Translations under genes and position numbers: made by a program
Part shown: in pieces, positions 60,841-64,000 of the stretch
Layout: every line of letters begins with the position of its first letter
How positions within the stretch are numbered: the first letter of the stretch is position 1
The notes under the pieces: generated by a model
Seen by the model: only the letters and a program-made list of their open reading frames with translations
What the model was told of the DNA's origin: nothing
The model's database searches: none
NCBI GenBank assembly: GCA_048213135.1
Contig: PS015009.1
Location: forward strand, 620,001 to 684,000
Direction of reading: 5' to 3'
DNA length: 64,000 bases
Source of the DNA: Reclinomonas americana ATCC 50394
Lineage: Eukaryota

Positions 60841-60931
60841 ACGTGCAAATGTGCGAATATGTAAATGTGAAAATTGGGATGTTCTGTTATTCATCCGCAC
60901 ATTCACACATCCGCATATTCATTAATTTGCA
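60841..60931. repeat. Oppositely oriented octamer tandem tracts between convergent genes
   Basis: ACGTGCAA ATGTGCGA ATATGTAA ATGTGAAA ... CATCCGCA CATTCACA CATCCGCA TATTCATT. Confidence 0.65.
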
Positions 60932-60933
60932 TA

Positions 60934-61737
60934 CTAACGCTGGCTGATCAGTGACGTAAGCGGGTACCGCAGGTTTTCATACTTCATCATATCTACCTTA
61001 ATGCTGCCCACGGCGATAGGGCTTTCCACGCGCAGGAGCAGGTGATTGGCATCGTCGCTGAACCAGGCATTCATTTTTTCGCCACCTTCAAAAATGGTTC
61101 CTTTAATGAGCAGGGGCTTGATGCGTATAGCATTGAATTTTCCGTAACGGGTCTTGATCACTTCCTTACCCAGGTAACGGATATACAGGTGATACACTTC
61201 GTCGTCGAGGAACATATCGAAAGGTATCTTATCGTCTACCTTGTATTTATTGAAGTCGATATTACGGGCATAGTATACGGCGCTCACCACATCCTGTATA
61301 CAGTCGGTCGTTTTAAAAACACCATTGGTGCTCACCGCTGTATTGGCCTCGTGATTGAAGGTTACGTTGTTGTATTTTTTGTACCCGCCTTCATCAATAT
61401 TCCGGATGAACTTATAGGGCAGCATGGTAGCTGTGTCGGTAAAACTTTCGTACCGGTCACGCACTTTAAAGAAGTTATCAAAAAAGGAATAGGTCTTACC
61501 ATCGCCTACAAAGTGGTATACCGGCTTGCCGTTGAAACGTTCCAGCGTGGTGGTAAAGTTGGCCTCCCCGGCGCCTACATACATGCCCAGGGTGCTGTAA
61601 AACACTTTCATCATTACGTGTTCGCCGGCTATAAAGGCGCTGTTCCTGATCTTGCAGTCATCATAATTGTTGACGCGGAAGCCGAGGCAGCACAATACCG
61701 GTAAAAGAATGCTTAGGGTTGCGTAGCGTATACTCAT
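60934..61737 (-). CDS. DUF3108-like exported protein
   Basis: Signal/anchor, AFIAGE, FFKVRDRYES, RNIDEGGY, WFSDDANHL. Confidence 0.75.
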   Translation of the reverse strand: MSIRYATLSILLPVLCCLGFRVNNYDDCKIRNSAFIAGEHVMMKVFYSTLGMYVGAGEANFTTTLERFNGKPVYHFVGDGKTYSFFDNFFKVRDRYESFTDTATMLPYKFIRNIDEGGYKKYNNVTFNHEANTAVSTNGVFKTTDCIQDVVSAVYYARNIDFNKYKVDDKIPFDMFLDDEVYHLYIRYLGKEVIKTRYGKFNAIRIKPLLIKGTIFEGGEKMNAWFSDDANHLLLRVESPIAVGSIKVDMMKYENLRYPLTSLISQR

Positions 61738-62721
61738 TTATTTGTCCTTCTTTATTTTTATTCCTAAAATTAATAAACTGCCGATGAAGGCAGGCAGGAA
61801 AAGATTTACAAACCAGATGCCAAATGTTACCGCCAGTATACCAATGGTGTTGGCGCTGTACGAGAACAGGGTCCTGGCCACGGTGCCTCTTATACCCAGA
61901 TCTGCAATGGCGAAGGAAGGAATAATAGCCAGTATCCAGAACATGACCGCCACCAGCCAGAAGCCCGTCCACACGGATTGCTCCACCTCCATCAGTTGCA
62001 GCATAAAGATGTATTGCATAACGAAAACAAGGTAGCGGAACAGCGATAAAGAGAGCAACCTTAACAAAATTTTCGCATCAAATGTTTCCAATACGTTAAT
62101 ATAACGGGCAAACCTGTCGGAATAAGGCAGTTTTTCGATCAGCCGGATGAGCCAGCCCAGCCGGAAAAAGAAAAGCAGCAGTACCGTTACGCCGAAACAA
62201 CTTCCGTAAAAGAATATACGCAACCAGAACACCGACAGTTCCATCGACAATACCTTTTCTCCGCCCTGCACCAGCAGGTAGGCCAGTCCCAGGCAGCCCA
62301 TCAGTACCGTAATAATGAGTTGCGCCACGCTCCCGGCAATGGAAAGCGATATGGTATGAATGCGGTATTCTTCCTGCACAAATAACATACGGCCGGCATA
62401 TTCACCAATACGGTTGGGCATATTTAATGAAAGCGTAACGCCCGACAGCACCGATTTAAAAGCCCGGAAAAAAGACAGGCGCTGCAGCGGCCGCATCAGC
62501 AACTGCCATTTGCGGGCCTCTATACCCCAGTTCACAAATACCAGCGCTATCATGGCCCAGAATTTCCAGGCATCCGCACCGGAAGGAGCGGCTTTGATCA
62601 GCGCGATGGCCTTATCCAGTCCTTCCTGGCTCCTTACCTGCTGGTAAAGCGAATAGAAAAGCCAGGCGGCCAGTACAGGCCCCGCGAACCACTTGATGAA
62701 TATTTTAATACTTTTGTTCAA
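61738..62721 (-). CDS. Lysylphosphatidylglycerol-synthase TM-region / flippase-like membrane protein
   Basis: NWGIEARKW, PNRIGEYAGR, ADLGIR; multiple TM helices. Confidence 0.8.
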   Translation of the reverse strand: MNKSIKIFIKWFAGPVLAAWLFYSLYQQVRSQEGLDKAIALIKAAPSGADAWKFWAMIALVFVNWGIEARKWQLLMRPLQRLSFFRAFKSVLSGVTLSLNMPNRIGEYAGRMLFVQEEYRIHTISLSIAGSVAQLIITVLMGCLGLAYLLVQGGEKVLSMELSVFWLRIFFYGSCFGVTVLLLFFFRLGWLIRLIEKLPYSDRFARYINVLETFDAKILLRLLSLSLFRYLVFVMQYIFMLQLMEVEQSVWTGFWLVAVMFWILAIIPSFAIADLGIRGTVARTLFSYSANTIGILAVTFGIWFVNLFLPAFIGSLLILGIKIKKDK

Positions 62722-62765
62722 TACACAATGATAGTGTAAATATTGAGCCCGGAAAATAATTCAGT

Positions 62766-63332
62766 GTGCCGAAAAAATCATCTGTCATATTGGGGATAGA
62801 CCCCGGAACCATCATCATGGGCTACGGCCTCATCCGCGTGGAAGGCAATAAAGCCAGCCTGCTTGATATGGGCGTACTGCAACCCGGCAAGGTAGATGAT
62901 GGCTATAAAAAACTGCAGCTCATTTTCAATACCGTAAGCGGCCTCATCACCCGTTACAACCCCGATCATTTTGCCATTGAAGCTCCCTTCTTTGGCAAGA
63001 ACGTGCAGAGTATGCTTAAACTGGGAAGGGCTCAGGGCGTAGCTATTGCCGCCGCCATGCGGCATGGTATAGAAGTGACCGAATACTCACCCAGGAAAAT
63101 AAAACAATCGGTAACGGGTAATGGCAACGCCGGAAAAGAACAGGTGATGCGGATGCTGCAACAGGTACTGCAGTTCTCCGAAGAACCTAAACATATGGAT
63201 GCCAGTGACGCACTCGCTGTAGCCATGTGCCATTTTTTACAGATCAGCGGCCCCGTAATCAAAGCAGCCAAAACAGCCAAAGGCTGGGAAGACTTTATAA
63301 AAAATAACCCGGGCAGGGTAAGGATAAAATGA
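62766..63332 (+). CDS. ruvC: Holliday junction resolvase RuvC
   Basis: ILGIDPG, AIEAPF, LGRAQG, EYSPRKIKQSVTGNG, DASDALAVAMCH. Confidence 0.97.
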   Translation: MPKKSSVILGIDPGTIIMGYGLIRVEGNKASLLDMGVLQPGKVDDGYKKLQLIFNTVSGLITRYNPDHFAIEAPFFGKNVQSMLKLGRAQGVAIAAAMRHGIEVTEYSPRKIKQSVTGNGNAGKEQVMRMLQQVLQFSEEPKHMDASDALAVAMCHFLQISGPVIKAAKTAKGWEDFIKNNPGRVRIK

Positions 63333-63455
63333 AAATACCCTACCTTCAAAAAACCGGCTCCTCTACTCCGGTAACCACCTGGCACAGTTTACCGCTCTTA
63401 ACCGGCAGTTAACAAACATATCTGTGCTTTTCAGAAAACTTTGCACGAATAATCC

Positions 63456-64000
63456 ATGGTTATCCGGTCCAAAACATTACGCTTCGCGATCCTTACCAGC
63501 ATCATACTGGTAACCATCATCATCTGCATACAACTGTTCTGGTTGCAGAAGGTGTACCGTTACGAAGAAAAGCAGTTCAACATCAACGTGTCCAAGACCA
63601 TCCGCAGCATCTATTCCGACCTGGAACTGGTGAACGATGTATCGGATAATGTGCAGAAGGTGATTGAAAATCCCAAACCCGACCTTTACCTGGTACGCAT
63701 CGACTGTACCCCCATCCTGGATGATCTCTGGGAAACCATCAAAGCCGAGCTGACCGATTTTGACGTGTACTCCGACTGTAAAGCCGTTATCTACAGCCAC
63801 GATAAGAACCTCTACGTAGCGGAGAAATACATCGACCTGCCCGACTCTTATCATGGTACCGAAAAGGATATTTCCGTACCGGAATATAAACGCGACTACT
63901 CCTACATCGCCCTGTTCTTCCCCCACCGCGGACAATACATTTTAAAGCAGATGGTTTTCTGGATCGCCTCAAGCATTCTGCTCCTGCTGGTACTTATCGG
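63456..64000 (+). CDS. Probable sensor histidine kinase, N-terminal part (runs off window)
   Basis: Open frame MVIRSKTLRFAILTSIILVTIIICIQLFWLQKVY..., then a periplasmic segment and a second TM (MVFWIASSILLLLVLI). The kinase core is not visible. Confidence 0.65.
   Translation, partial: MVIRSKTLRFAILTSIILVTIIICIQLFWLQKVYRYEEKQFNINVSKTIRSIYSDLELVNDVSDNVQKVIENPKPDLYLVRIDCTPILDDLWETIKAELTDFDVYSDCKAVIYSHDKNLYVAEKYIDLPDSYHGTEKDISVPEYKRDYSYIALFFPHRGQYILKQMVFWIASSILLLLVLI

Noticed and set aside
63477-63972. Minus-strand ORFs at the window end
   Set aside because: The plus strand carries an unbroken TM-periplasmic-TM frame from 63456 that runs off the window and fits a sensor kinase better.

Overview
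Bacterial chromosomal window from a Bacteroidota organism, most likely Chitinophagaceae. This is inferred from TAnnTTTG -7 promoter boxes, a T9SS type-A C-terminal domain, the ftsX-DUF3098-uppP and ileS-dksA gene orders and a split transketolase. Most of the window is housekeeping: mfd (5'-truncated), gyrB, ileS, dksA-like, rbfA, lolC/E-like, transketolase N-subunit, wecA-like, frr, mscL, scpA, dxs, leuS, ftsX, uppP and ruvC. Three accessory islands stand out. (1) 34.9-51.0 kb: a 3348-aa T9SS-secreted repeat adhesin preceded by three paralogous phage tail-collar proteins without signal peptides, a formyltransferase and a signal-less solute-binding-fold protein. Divergent from these are a Tat-signal pseudo-metallophosphoesterase, an Asp/Asn beta-hydroxylase and a membrane protein. 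I read this as a candidate phage-fibre-derived, chemically modified surface appendage system. (2) 13.4-17.1 kb: a cassette of lipoprotein, multi-TM protein, sensor-less histidine kinase and LuxR-type regulator, with a palindromic operator and a divergent lipoprotein; a candidate peptide-signalling system. (3) A Panacea antitoxin paired with a 2-TM candidate toxin. Also seen: a frameshifted VOC gene, a sigma54-type promoter pointing into an ORF-less region (candidate sRNA), two copies of a REP-like element and several 7/8-mer tandem repeat tracts. No rRNA, tRNA, CRISPR array, transposase or prophage was recognised. All family assignments are by motif recognition; no database searches were run.
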